Shown here piece by piece: positions 10,222-19,136 of a stretch of DNA of 64,000 nucleotides; the first letter of the stretch is position 1; each line of letters starts with the position of its first letter. Where the stretch lies: positions 39,811-103,810 of the forward strand of contig DIUJ01000072.1 in assembly GCA_002422315.1 (NCBI GenBank), in the 5' to 3' direction. The notes beneath the pieces are model-generated. The model saw nothing but the letters and a program-made list of their open reading frames with translations. It did not search any database and was not told where the DNA came from. The position numbers were made by a program, and so were the translations under genes. Source of the DNA: Bacteroidetes bacterium UBA6161. GTDB lineage: Bacteria; Bacteroidota; Bacteroidia; NS11-12g; UBA955.

Positions 10222-10291
10222 AAAACAGAATGTGTTTTATACACTAACTGAGGTTGGTGACGAAATAACAACACCTTTTAAAAATACAACT

Positions 10292-10858
10292 ATGGAAATA
10301 TTAGAAAACTTAGACGCATTACTTAAGACTTTTTGGTTTGTAGCAATTCCTACAAGTTTGATTTTTATCATTCAGACCATTATGACCTTTGTCGGTGTAG
10401 ACTCAACAGACGGAATAGAAGCCGACTTTGATGGAGATTTAAGTGATGTAGATGCACCTTTTCAACTTTTCTCGCTCAGAAACTTGATTAATTTTTTATT
10501 AGGATTTAGTTGGACAGGTATCTCATTTTATACGACGATTTCAAACAAGCCTGCACTTATCATTTTGTCGTTGGTAATTGGAATTTTATTTGTTTATTTA
10601 TTTTTTGTTATAATTAGACAGGTGCAAAAATTAGCAGAGGACAATTCTTTTAAAATTGCAAATACATTAGACAAAACAGCAGAAGTTTATTTGACAATTC
10701 CTGAAAACAAAAAAGGGAAAGGGAAAATTATGATAAGTGTAAACGGCGCATTTCACGAGTTGGAAGCTATGACTGAAAATGACAAAATCCAATCAGGTTC
10801 AGTAGTAAAAATAGTAAAAATAGAGAACAATAATTTACTTATAGTAGAAAAAATATAA
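10292..10858 (+). CDS. YqiJ/NfeD-like inner membrane protein (flotillin partner)
   Basis: The ATG at 10292 (MEILENL...) is preferred over the listed GTG at 10232. Has TM segments plus a C-terminal OB-like segment (KGKIMISVNGAFHELEAM...GSVVKIVKIE). Sits immediately upstream of a flotillin gene, as in E. coli yqiJK. Confidence 0.6.
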   Translation: MEILENLDALLKTFWFVAIPTSLIFIIQTIMTFVGVDSTDGIEADFDGDLSDVDAPFQLFSLRNLINFLLGFSWTGISFYTTISNKPALIILSLVIGILFVYLFFVIIRQVQKLAEDNSFKIANTLDKTAEVYLTIPENKKGKGKIMISVNGAFHELEAMTENDKIQSGSVVKIVKIENNNLLIVEKI

Positions 10859-10868
10859 TCAAATCAAT

Positions 10869-12380
10869 ATGACACCAATCATTATCATTGTAGTTGCGGC
10901 AGTAGTTCTATTCGCAACAATTTCAGCATTAATTTCAAGGTATAAACGCTGCCCATCAGATAAAATTCTAGTTATTTACGGACGAACAGGTGGCACATCG
11001 GCTAAATGTGTTCACGGGGGGGGCGCATTCATTTGGCCTGTTATTCAAGACTTTGCTTTTTTAGATTTAAAGCCATTATCTATTGAGGCTAACTTAACAA
11101 ACGCACTAAGCCGACAAAACATCAGAGTGGACGTCCCCTGCCGTTTTACAATTGCAATTTCTACAGAATCCGATAGTATGAATACCGCAGCAGAAAGATT
11201 GTTAGGCTTATCATCCGAACAAATTCAAGAGTTAGCAAAAGATATTTTATTCGGACAATTGCGGTTGGTAATTGCAACAATGACAATTGAGGAAATAAAC
11301 TCTGACCGAGATAAATTCCTTGACAACATTTCAAAAAACGTTGACAGCGAGTTAAAAAAAATTGGTTTAAAATTAATCAATGTTAACGTAACAGACATCA
11401 AAGATGAATCAGGATATATTGAAGCATTAGGAAAAGAAGCCGCAGCAAAAGCAATTAATGAAGCTAAAATCAGTGTTGCTGAACAAGAAAAAATTGGAGA
11501 AACAGGAAAGGCATTAGCGGATAGAGAAAAAGACACGCAAATTGCTGAAACCCACAGAGACAGGGATGTGAAAATTGCGATTACCCAAAAGGACAAAGAA
11601 ATAAGCATCGCAACCGCTGTTAAAGATGAAACAATAGGTAAAGCAGAAGCAGAAAGAGATACGAGGGTTAAGACTTCTGAAGCAAATGCCATTGCCATTC
11701 AAGGTGAAAATGAAGCAAAAATCGCAATTGCGAATTCTGAAGCACTTCGTAGGGAGAAAGAAGCAGAATCGTTGCGTATTGCAATAACTGCTGAAAAAGT
11801 TCAACAAGCAAAAGCCTTAGAAGAATCGTACGTTGCCGAACAGAAAGCTGAATTAGCACGTTCGGAAAGAGAACGCTCAACACAAATAGCAAATATTGTA
11901 ATCCCTGCTGAAATAGCAAAACAAAGAGCCATCATTGAAGCACAGGCTGCGGCAGAGACAATAAGAGAAAATGCAAAAGGCGAAGCAGATGCAATTTTTG
12001 CAAAAATGGAAGCAGAAGCTAAAGGTCTATTTGAAATACTCACTAAACAAGCAGAAGGTTATAAAGAAGTTGTAGCAGCTGCCGGTGGAGACCCAAGCAA
12101 AGCTTTCCAGCTTCTTTTAATTGAAAAACTACCTGAACTTGTTAGAACACAAGTTGAAGCAGTGAAAAATATTAAGATTGACAAAATTACTGTTTGGGAC
12201 TCTGGCAACGGACAGGGTGAAAACGGAAATTCCTCTACTGCAAACTTTGTTTCAGGAATGATGAAAACAGTTCCACCACTAAACGACTTATTTAATATGG
12301 CTGGACTAAATCTGCCAACATATTTAAAAGGTGCAGACGAAAATACAAAAACTAACATAGAAGAGAATATAAAGGAATAA
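10869..12380 (+). CDS. flotillin family (SPFH/band 7) protein
   Basis: N-terminal TM, SPFH domain, then a long Ala/Glu/Lys-rich coiled coil (EAERDTRVKTSEANAIAIQGENEAKIAIANSEAL...). Confidence 0.9.
   Translation: MTPIIIIVVAAVVLFATISALISRYKRCPSDKILVIYGRTGGTSAKCVHGGGAFIWPVIQDFAFLDLKPLSIEANLTNALSRQNIRVDVPCRFTIAISTESDSMNTAAERLLGLSSEQIQELAKDILFGQLRLVIATMTIEEINSDRDKFLDNISKNVDSELKKIGLKLINVNVTDIKDESGYIEALGKEAAAKAINEAKISVAEQEKIGETGKALADREKDTQIAETHRDRDVKIAITQKDKEISIATAVKDETIGKAEAERDTRVKTSEANAIAIQGENEAKIAIANSEALRREKEAESLRIAITAEKVQQAKALEESYVAEQKAELARSERERSTQIANIVIPAEIAKQRAIIEAQAAAETIRENAKGEADAIFAKMEAEAKGLFEILTKQAEGYKEVVAAAGGDPSKAFQLLLIEKLPELVRTQVEAVKNIKIDKITVWDSGNGQGENGNSSTANFVSGMMKTVPPLNDLFNMAGLNLPTYLKGADENTKTNIEENIKE
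11016..11023 (+). repeat. G8 homopolymer tract inside the flotillin CDS
   Basis: cacGGGGGGGGcgc encodes HGGGA. It is the longest G/C run I noticed in the window. Confidence 0.9.
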
Positions 12381-12537
12381 GCAAAACTAGCATATAAAGG
12401 TTGAAAGCATTGATTTAAAAAAAAGATCAAAACCATCCAAACAAATCTTAAAAAGACATGATGAGCTTCTTGATTCGAAGAAATTAATGATTCTATTTCT
12501 CTTTATTAAATTTATTCGCTCAAATGCCCCCCCTTGA

Positions 12538-12550
12538 AGATGTTATTTCT
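12538..12550. repeat. left arm of a perfect 13-bp inverted repeat (AGATGTTATTTCT)
   Basis: Exact reverse complement of 13103..13115. A C7 tract (12527..12533) lies just upstream. Confidence 0.9.
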
Positions 12551-12623
12551 ATATTTAAAAATATGAGTATGGTTTTTTAAACATACAGAAAGTGGCTTTC
12601 GATAACTTATTCAGCATTTAAAT

Positions 12624-13094
12624 ATGAATAAAAGAAGGAATTATTCAAACAATACCTTTTTTATTTTTATGATCAGAATATTTTTTATGTGGGGGCTTTT
12701 TCATATTGGAGTATTTAGCAGATACCAATACCTTACTATGATAAAAGCTACAACTGGAACAATTTTTCGGATTGTTTTAGGCAACTTAAAATTGAAATTT
12801 CAAATGCTAGATACTTTAGCTAATCAAGATTGTGGAGGTATTATGTTAAATAAAAACAATCTCAAAGAAATCTATAGATCTTATAATGAAGATTATACTT
12901 CATCAGAATTGGACTATTATTATGTTTTAACAGGAAAAGCAGTTAGAATAGAAAAGAGTGATAAGGATTCGTTTCATCCATTAATTGAAGTAACTTTGTC
13001 GTACAAGATTAGTAAAATACTTTTTGGGATTTTAACTATTGTGAAATTAACAGTTCTCATTTTCTTTGTATTATATTATACTGGAACAAGTTAA
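12624..13094 (+). CDS. hypothetical protein (orphan; may start at ATG 12843)
   Basis: The ORF track gives 156 aa. The N-terminal half is low-complexity. The C-terminal 83 aa (MLNKNNLKEIYRSY...) end in a hydrophobic helix. I recognise no family. Confidence 0.25.
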   Translation: MNKRRNYSNNTFFIFMIRIFFMWGLFHIGVFSRYQYLTMIKATTGTIFRIVLGNLKLKFQMLDTLANQDCGGIMLNKNNLKEIYRSYNEDYTSSELDYYYVLTGKAVRIEKSDKDSFHPLIEVTLSYKISKILFGILTIVKLTVLIFFVLYYTGTS

Positions 13095-13102
13095 AAAACA
13101 TC

Positions 13103-13115
13103 AGAAATAACATCT
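13103..13115. repeat. right arm of the perfect 13-bp inverted repeat (AGAAATAACATCT)
   Basis: Exact reverse complement of 12538..12550. Starts 8 nt after the orphan ORF stop. Confidence 0.9.
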
Positions 13116-13197
13116 ATCCATCTCGTTCGCCGCAAAAGCACCAAAACTTAAGAGAGTATTTTACTAAACCATTAAATAAAAAACAACTTAGCCACCC

Positions 13198-14562
13198 TTA
13201 TATCATGTGATTTAAAATAAGCCTTCCTATTAAAAAATAGAAACCTAGGCCTACTACATCATTTGTAGTAGTTATAAATGGCCCAGTAGCTAGAGCCGGA
13301 TCAATTTTGAATTTCTCTAATAAAAGTGGAGTTAGTGTGCCTAGAATAGATGCAAAAATAATCACAGTAATTAATGCTACACTTACCGTAAGAGACAACT
13401 CCATGGTATGGCCTATAAATAAATTCCATGCAAACATGATAATAGAACAAACCGCACCATTTAATAAGGATACGAAAAACTCTTTTACTAACTTCGGGGA
13501 AATATTTTTTGATTTGAGAGTGTTGTTTGCAAGACCTTGCACAATTATAGCAGAAGATTGTACTCCTGCATTGCCACCCATTGCAGCTACTACAGGCATA
13601 AAAAATGCCAATTGAGGAAAAATCTGCAAATCCCCTTCAAACCTTTGTACCAAAGAAGAACTAGCCAAACCTCCCGTTAACCCTATTAACAGCCATGGCA
13701 AACGAGCCCTACTTAGTATCCAAATCCTATCGGATGATTCTACATTTTCTGTCAAACCAGCTTGCAATTGGAAATCCCTATCTGCTTCCTCTTTTATAAA
13801 ATCTACTACGTCGTCAATGGTAATACGCCCCATAAGCCGCCCCAAGGAATCTACAACCGGAACAGCCACTAAATCATACTTATTCATTACACTTGCCACC
13901 TCTTCCCCACTACTGTATGCACTTACGTATATAAAATCTTCATTTAAAATGTCTTCTACTTTTACCCCTTCTTTCTGCAATACCAATTGCTTTAGAGAAA
14001 CTATCCCTTTAAGCCTATCTCTATCGTCTACCGCGTATATAGTGTATACATGTTCTACAATTTCTGCTTGTTTTCTAATTTCTTCTACACATCTGCTCAT
14101 AGTCCAGTCCAAACGCACCTTTATCAACTCTTTCTCCATTAAACCACCCGCCACATTTTCGTCGTAATGCAAAAGAGACATAAGGTTGCGAGCAAATTCC
14201 TGGTCTTGAAGATAATTGATAATTTCTTCTGCTTTTTTGCTACTAAAATGGTTGAGTATATCTACAGCGTCATCGGTATTCAGATACTCTAGTATTTCGG
14301 TTGCAATAGCTTCGGTGTCGTAGGTTCTTAGAAATTTTTCTTGTAGTTCGTAATCCAAGGAAACAATAACATTTACAGCCTTTTCTTTTTCTAAAATGGC
14401 TATAATCTCCTTTTGATCTTCTTCCTCCAAATCCCAAAATGTTTCGGCAATATCTTCAGGCCTGAAATCATCTAAATAAGCAAAAAGTGAGTCCTTTTGA
14501 CCCGATAAGATCAATTCTTTTAATTTACCTAACTCTATTTGGCTTATTTCCTGAAGGCTCAT
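13198..14562 (-). CDS. mgtE: magnesium transporter MgtE
   Basis: MgtE N-domain, tandem CBS domains, and a C-terminal 5-TM channel (PFITTTNDVVG). Confidence 0.95.
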   Translation of the reverse strand: MSLQEISQIELGKLKELILSGQKDSLFAYLDDFRPEDIAETFWDLEEEDQKEIIAILEKEKAVNVIVSLDYELQEKFLRTYDTEAIATEILEYLNTDDAVDILNHFSSKKAEEIINYLQDQEFARNLMSLLHYDENVAGGLMEKELIKVRLDWTMSRCVEEIRKQAEIVEHVYTIYAVDDRDRLKGIVSLKQLVLQKEGVKVEDILNEDFIYVSAYSSGEEVASVMNKYDLVAVPVVDSLGRLMGRITIDDVVDFIKEEADRDFQLQAGLTENVESSDRIWILSRARLPWLLIGLTGGLASSSLVQRFEGDLQIFPQLAFFMPVVAAMGGNAGVQSSAIIVQGLANNTLKSKNISPKLVKEFFVSLLNGAVCSIIMFAWNLFIGHTMELSLTVSVALITVIIFASILGTLTPLLLEKFKIDPALATGPFITTTNDVVGLGFYFLIGRLILNHMI

Positions 14563-15344
14563 TTTGATTCATTTTCAATTAATTGAGTCAATTCCACAAA
14601 ATCTTCTACATTTAGATTTTCAGGACGCAAGTTAGCAAATCTTGTTTTAACAAACTCTTCTTTGTTTAGATTAAATTTACGTAAACTATTACTCAGCGTT
14701 TTTCTTCGTTGGTTAAATGCTGTTTTTACCACATCTAAAAAGATTCTATCCGAACAACTATTTAAGGTATCTCTGTACTTCACCCCTTTCATGACTCCTG
14801 TTTTTACCTTAGGTGGTGGGTCAAATACACCCTCCGAAACAGTAAAACAATATTCTAATTTGTAATAAGCTTGAAGCAAAACAGACAAAATTCCGTATTC
14901 TTTAGAATTAGGTGCGGAACAAATTCTCCTGGCTACTTCGCGCTGAAACATACCTCCAAATCCTTCTACTCTTCCTCTATTTTCTAAAATCTTAAACAGT
15001 ATTTGAGAACTAATATTATATGGAAAGTTACCTACTACAAACCAAGGCCCTTGCTTGGAATCGAAAATATTTTTTGCTTCTTTTAAAAAATCGGTATCCC
15101 ACAACTCTTCCCCAAATCCATGCTTTTGTCTTAAATATTCCACAGATTCTGTATCAATATCTACCATCACAAGCTTTTCTTTTGCCTTGTTCATCAAAAA
15201 TTCAGTAAGCACACCAGTACCGGGACCTATCTCCAATATATTACAATCAATATGATTATCAACAAGATCTGCTACTTTTAAGGCAATGTTTTTGTCTCTA
15301 AGAAAATGTTGTCCTAATTTTTTTTTGGGTTTTACAGAAATCAT
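14559..15344 (-). CDS. rsmA: 16S rRNA (adenine1518/1519-N6)-dimethyltransferase RsmA/KsgA
   Basis: KKKLGQHFL motif, SAM site EIGPGTGVLT, and GNFPYNISS. Start chosen at MISVKPKKK; the listed start at 15383 is possible. Shares a 4-nt stop/start overlap with mgtE. Confidence 0.92.
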   Translation of the reverse strand: MISVKPKKKLGQHFLRDKNIALKVADLVDNHIDCNILEIGPGTGVLTEFLMNKAKEKLVMVDIDTESVEYLRQKHGFGEELWDTDFLKEAKNIFDSKQGPWFVVGNFPYNISSQILFKILENRGRVEGFGGMFQREVARRICSAPNSKEYGILSVLLQAYYKLEYCFTVSEGVFDPPPKVKTGVMKGVKYRDTLNSCSDRIFLDVVKTAFNQRRKTLSNSLRKFNLNKEEFVKTRFANLRPENLNVEDFVELTQLIENESK

Positions 15345-15397
15345 GAGTAATTTTGGAATGGAATTTGAAGCAAAGAACGACAAATTACCTTAGAATT

Positions 15398-15934
15398 ATG
15401 AAAAAAATATTTACCACCGCACTTGCAATTGTTGCACTAAGCTTGCAAATACAAGCTCAGCAGTCGCCAACAAGCAAAAAAGCAAGCTCAACTGCTAAAA
15501 CACAAACCAACAAAAATACTACCAAAGAATCTACAACTGCTCCTGGAGCCAAGGTAGCAAGCGACGACAACAAATCCAATGTAGGTGCTGCAATACAATT
15601 TACTCAAACCAGACACAATTTTGGAACTATAAAACAAAATGTCCCGGTAATCACTAAGTTTGTTTTTGAGAATACAGGTACTCAAAATCTAATCATTAAA
15701 AAAGCTACTGCTGGATGCGGCTGTACCACTCCAAAATGGCCTGTAGAACCTATTGCACCTGGTCAAAAAGCAGAAATTGAAGTTGGATACGATGCAAAAT
15801 CAGAAGGCAACTTCATTAAAATAATCACTGTAGAAACTAATGCAGGCGACCATAAGCTAACCATAAGCGGAGTAGTTGAAGTTCCTGCTTCAGACAATTC
15901 TGGTTCTGAAATCAAATTACCAATTAAAAAATAA
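15398..15934 (+). CDS. DUF1573 domain protein (paralog 1)
   Basis: Signal peptide MKKIFTTALAIVALSLQIQA, a low-complexity S/T/K linker, and a DUF1573 core with the AGCGCTTP motif. Confidence 0.8.
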   Translation: MKKIFTTALAIVALSLQIQAQQSPTSKKASSTAKTQTNKNTTKESTTAPGAKVASDDNKSNVGAAIQFTQTRHNFGTIKQNVPVITKFVFENTGTQNLIIKKATAGCGCTTPKWPVEPIAPGQKAEIEVGYDAKSEGNFIKIITVETNAGDHKLTISGVVEVPASDNSGSEIKLPIKK

Positions 15935-15945
15935 ACTTATATAAA

Positions 15946-16383
15946 ATGAAAAATCTATTTTTAACACTTACTTTACTTTTAGGTGTGGCTTACACCAACT
16001 ACGCACAAACTCCTGCTGCTACTGAAAACAAAACCAATTCTGAACTCATAAAATGGGAAACCATTGTTCATGATTTTGGCAACGTACCTGCTGGGTCTAG
16101 TGCAAAATATGAATTTCTTTTTACAAATCTTACTAAAGAAGTAGTAGAAATCCGCAATGTTAGAGCAAGCTGCGGCTGTACTGCGCCTTCATATACTAAA
16201 GAGCCAATCAAAAACAAAGCTAAAGGATCTGTGGTAGCGGTATATACTGCGCCTACAACCCCTCAGTCTTTTCACAAAACACTTACTGTAGAAACCTCTC
16301 ATGGCACTTTCCAACTTACCATAAAAGGTATGGTAGTAGAGGCAAACAAAACTCCAGAATCACCCTTAAGAGTTAATCCTTAA
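15946..16383 (+). CDS. DUF1573 domain protein (paralog 2)
   Basis: Signal peptide. HDFGNVPAGS...ASCGCTAP motif. Confidence 0.8.
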   Translation: MKNLFLTLTLLLGVAYTNYAQTPAATENKTNSELIKWETIVHDFGNVPAGSSAKYEFLFTNLTKEVVEIRNVRASCGCTAPSYTKEPIKNKAKGSVVAVYTAPTTPQSFHKTLTVETSHGTFQLTIKGMVVEANKTPESPLRVNP

Positions 16384-16388
16384 TCTAA

Positions 16389-16826
16389 ATGCTTCATTTA
16401 TATTCAAAAGCCATTATAAGAAATATTCTTGTAATGGCTTTCTTTTTTGTTTACTTTGCGAATACTACATTTGCAAGTGACACCCTAAGGCTAGCATATC
16501 CCAAGGACACAATTGATTTAGGCACTATGAAACAAGGGACCATCAAAGAATATGGATTTACTCTTGCTAACCATTACCAAGAAAAAATAAAATTGTTTCA
16601 AATATATCCTTCCTGTGGCTGTACCATTACCCAAGCATATCCGGATTCTATAGATGCAAATTCTAGCATATATGTTTCTTTTACTTTCAAAAGCGAGGGA
16701 TTTGAGGGCCTAGTGATAAAAAACCTAACTATTCTTACAGACAAGGGAGCTGCTTTGGTATACTACAAAGCAAATGTTAAGACACGAAAAAAGAGAAAAA
16801 GAAATCAATCCAATAAAATCCGATAA
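16389..16826 (+). CDS. DUF1573 domain protein (paralog 3)
   Basis: IDLGTMKQGT...PSCGCTIT motif. Basic C-terminal tail KTRKKRKRNQSNKIR. Confidence 0.7.
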   Translation: MLHLYSKAIIRNILVMAFFFVYFANTTFASDTLRLAYPKDTIDLGTMKQGTIKEYGFTLANHYQEKIKLFQIYPSCGCTITQAYPDSIDANSSIYVSFTFKSEGFEGLVIKNLTILTDKGAALVYYKANVKTRKKRKRNQSNKIR

Positions 16827-18994
16827 ATAGATTGGTCAACTTTTAATAAGTATAATCCTTTTGCCAACCCCATAACATTTAAGGATTGTTTGTGAGAAGG
16901 CTTTGTATCAAACCTTCTTATTTCTCTACCTTGTATGTCTAACAATTCAATCTGCATTATCTCTCTTTCAGACTCAATATTTATCCAAGTTTGAGCAGGA
17001 TTTGGATAAACCAAAACCTCATGTTTTACTTGTAAGCCTCTTGACGACACTACTCTCAATGCTTCTTTTACTGCTTCATAAGCATTAATCTTACCATTCC
17101 CTGCATTGGTATTTGGCACATTACCGGTCGCAGCATCTATTATTGCGGTTTGCTTTAAAATATGAATTATTTGAGCAGGAGTAAGTGCGGGATTTGCTTG
17201 TAACATAAGAGCTACAACTCCAGCAACTTGAGGGCTTGCCATAGAGGTGCCAGAAAATACGCCATAAGCAAAAGAATCATTCTTAAAAGGTTCGAAAGAA
17301 ACCAATCTATTCCATGCCCAGCCTGGATATTGTTGTAAATAAATTGCCGCAGCTACATCCATACCTGGAGCCAAAATATCGGGTTTAATTCTGCCATCTG
17401 CGGTTGGTCCCCTACTACTAAAAGGAGTAATTTGCCCTATAGAGGAATAATTTCTATCGTTAAACGTATCTCCAAAAATTCCTACATAAAAGTTTTTGGC
17501 AGTATAAGAACCCACGGTAATTACACTTTTGGATGTACCTCCATTTTCACCTACAGTGTATCTCGAATTTCCCGACTTAAGCGTATTACTTAAATCTAAA
17601 TTTCCAATTTTATTTCTAAAACTTCCTGAAGTATACCTATAAATCCCCCCCGAATTCCAAGCATGAATTTGGGAGAAACTAGAAGTCAAGTTTAATTGAA
17701 TTGCATACAATTTAGGATTAGGATTTTGAACCCACAACAATACATTGGGTTTGTTATTTGGCAAATAAAGGGGTGTTAAATGTTTATTTATTTTCACCTC
17801 TCCTCCTTGAACAGAAAATATAAACTCTTTGTTATCAGCTATTCTTGAAGAAGTGTAGGGGCTTTGGTATATTATATTGCCAAATGTATCTACAATTGAC
17901 ACAGACAAAGAAAATTCAGAATTGCCACTTCCCCAAATGTCTACATATACCTCTTCACTGGGGTAATTGTTTCTTTGGTTTTCTATACATAAAGTGGAAA
18001 CCGTATCGTTTTGTATCAAAGACTCAAAATGCATGTTATTTGTACCTTCGTTACCTGCGGCACCCACTAATATATTCCCTTCTTTTACAAGAGCATTTGT
18101 AGCTAAATCAAAAAGAGAGGTGCCATCGTGGGGGCCAGTATGCATTCCCCAGCTAAGATTGATTACCGCAGGCTTCCCTACAGACTTTGCGTAATTAAAA
18201 ATATAAGCATAGGCATCTATAATCGCTGCATTTGCAATCAAATAGTCACTAAGAGCACTACCAGGCAATGTACTGTCGTAATATTTAATACTTACAAACA
18301 CTAGTTCTGCATCTGACGCAACCCCTTTATACTTCAAATCAGGCGATCCAATACCGCTACCTGCAGCTATAGAAGCCACATGGGTTCCATGTGATCCATG
18401 CAAATCCAAATCTTTAAACACTTCCTCTCCTTTTCTCTCTGTACCATAATTATAGCCTTCGGGTGCTGGTCCATCATTAAAATTTTGTTGCCATATACGA
18501 GAAATCCTTGTATTGGAGCTATCTTTAGCATAAAAAGCAGGATGTCTTGTATCAAAACCTATATCAACAATTCCTATTACAACCCCTTTCCCACTGTATG
18601 CTAATGGCAGGTTTTGAGCTTGTTCAATTTTATTTGTTTGCATAGAAATCCTTGCGGAATCCATTTTCATTCGCGTAGAATGAAACTTACTCGGACTCTC
18701 CACCATCAAAACACCTTTCACTTTTAATAATTCTTCCATTTTATTAACAGGTACAAGGGCTGTCCACACTTTGCCTGCTTTTGTTTGAACCTTTATTCCC
18801 ATGCCTTGTAAGGCACTGCTATTTATCTCATTATCTACTAAAATAAGTACTTCTGTTATCCCATTTTCGGAGATAATATTCTTTAGAACTACTTCTACCG
18901 CATTGCTGCTTTGATTGGAGGATAAATATTGTGCACTTGCCGGTACCGCATATACAAACAGTGCGATAAAAATTAACAGTAGCCTTTTTTTCAT
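16805..18994 (-). CDS. S8 family (subtilisin-like) serine peptidase with T9SS type A C-terminal domain
   Basis: Catalytic triad contexts VIGIVDIGFD, HGTHVASIAAG and GTSMASPQVAG. C-terminal VYPNPA...GLYLLKV sorting domain. Start chosen at MKKRLLLIF. Confidence 0.92.
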   Translation of the reverse strand: MKKRLLLIFIALFVYAVPASAQYLSSNQSSNAVEVVLKNIISENGITEVLILVDNEINSSALQGMGIKVQTKAGKVWTALVPVNKMEELLKVKGVLMVESPSKFHSTRMKMDSARISMQTNKIEQAQNLPLAYSGKGVVIGIVDIGFDTRHPAFYAKDSSNTRISRIWQQNFNDGPAPEGYNYGTERKGEEVFKDLDLHGSHGTHVASIAAGSGIGSPDLKYKGVASDAELVFVSIKYYDSTLPGSALSDYLIANAAIIDAYAYIFNYAKSVGKPAVINLSWGMHTGPHDGTSLFDLATNALVKEGNILVGAAGNEGTNNMHFESLIQNDTVSTLCIENQRNNYPSEEVYVDIWGSGNSEFSLSVSIVDTFGNIIYQSPYTSSRIADNKEFIFSVQGGEVKINKHLTPLYLPNNKPNVLLWVQNPNPKLYAIQLNLTSSFSQIHAWNSGGIYRYTSGSFRNKIGNLDLSNTLKSGNSRYTVGENGGTSKSVITVGSYTAKNFYVGIFGDTFNDRNYSSIGQITPFSSRGPTADGRIKPDILAPGMDVAAAIYLQQYPGWAWNRLVSFEPFKNDSFAYGVFSGTSMASPQVAGVVALMLQANPALTPAQIIHILKQTAIIDAATGNVPNTNAGNGKINAYEAVKEALRVVSSRGLQVKHEVLVYPNPAQTWINIESEREIMQIELLDIQGREIRRFDTKPSHKQSLNVMGLAKGLYLLKVDQSIYRILLD

Positions 18995-19136
18995 ATAGCA
19001 CAAAGCTATTGTTTTTTGAAATGAAAAAAACACCTAATTTTTACTAAACGATAAAAATAGCATTTTGCCCAATTTAAATAACCAAGAGAAGCATAAAAAT
19101 AAGTAATATTGTAGAATAATTCTAAATAAGACAAAA

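Noticed and set aside
10232-10291. Listed upstream start codons: GTG 10232 (YqiJ-like), 36410 (atpB), 15353 (DUF1573-1), 19033 (S8), 52075 (apaG), 60345 (rplS), 61980 (SPOR), TTG 43493 (hybrid kinase)
   Set aside because: In each case an internal ATG gives a canonical N-terminus (a signal peptide or a conserved family start) and removes overlap with the neighbouring gene or promoter. The longer forms are not excluded.
11225-12436. Cluster of five antisense ORFs (80-157 aa) opposite the flotillin gene
   Set aside because: The Ala/Glu/Lys-repeat coiled-coil coding sequence is naturally stop-poor on the opposite strand. The translations are low-complexity.
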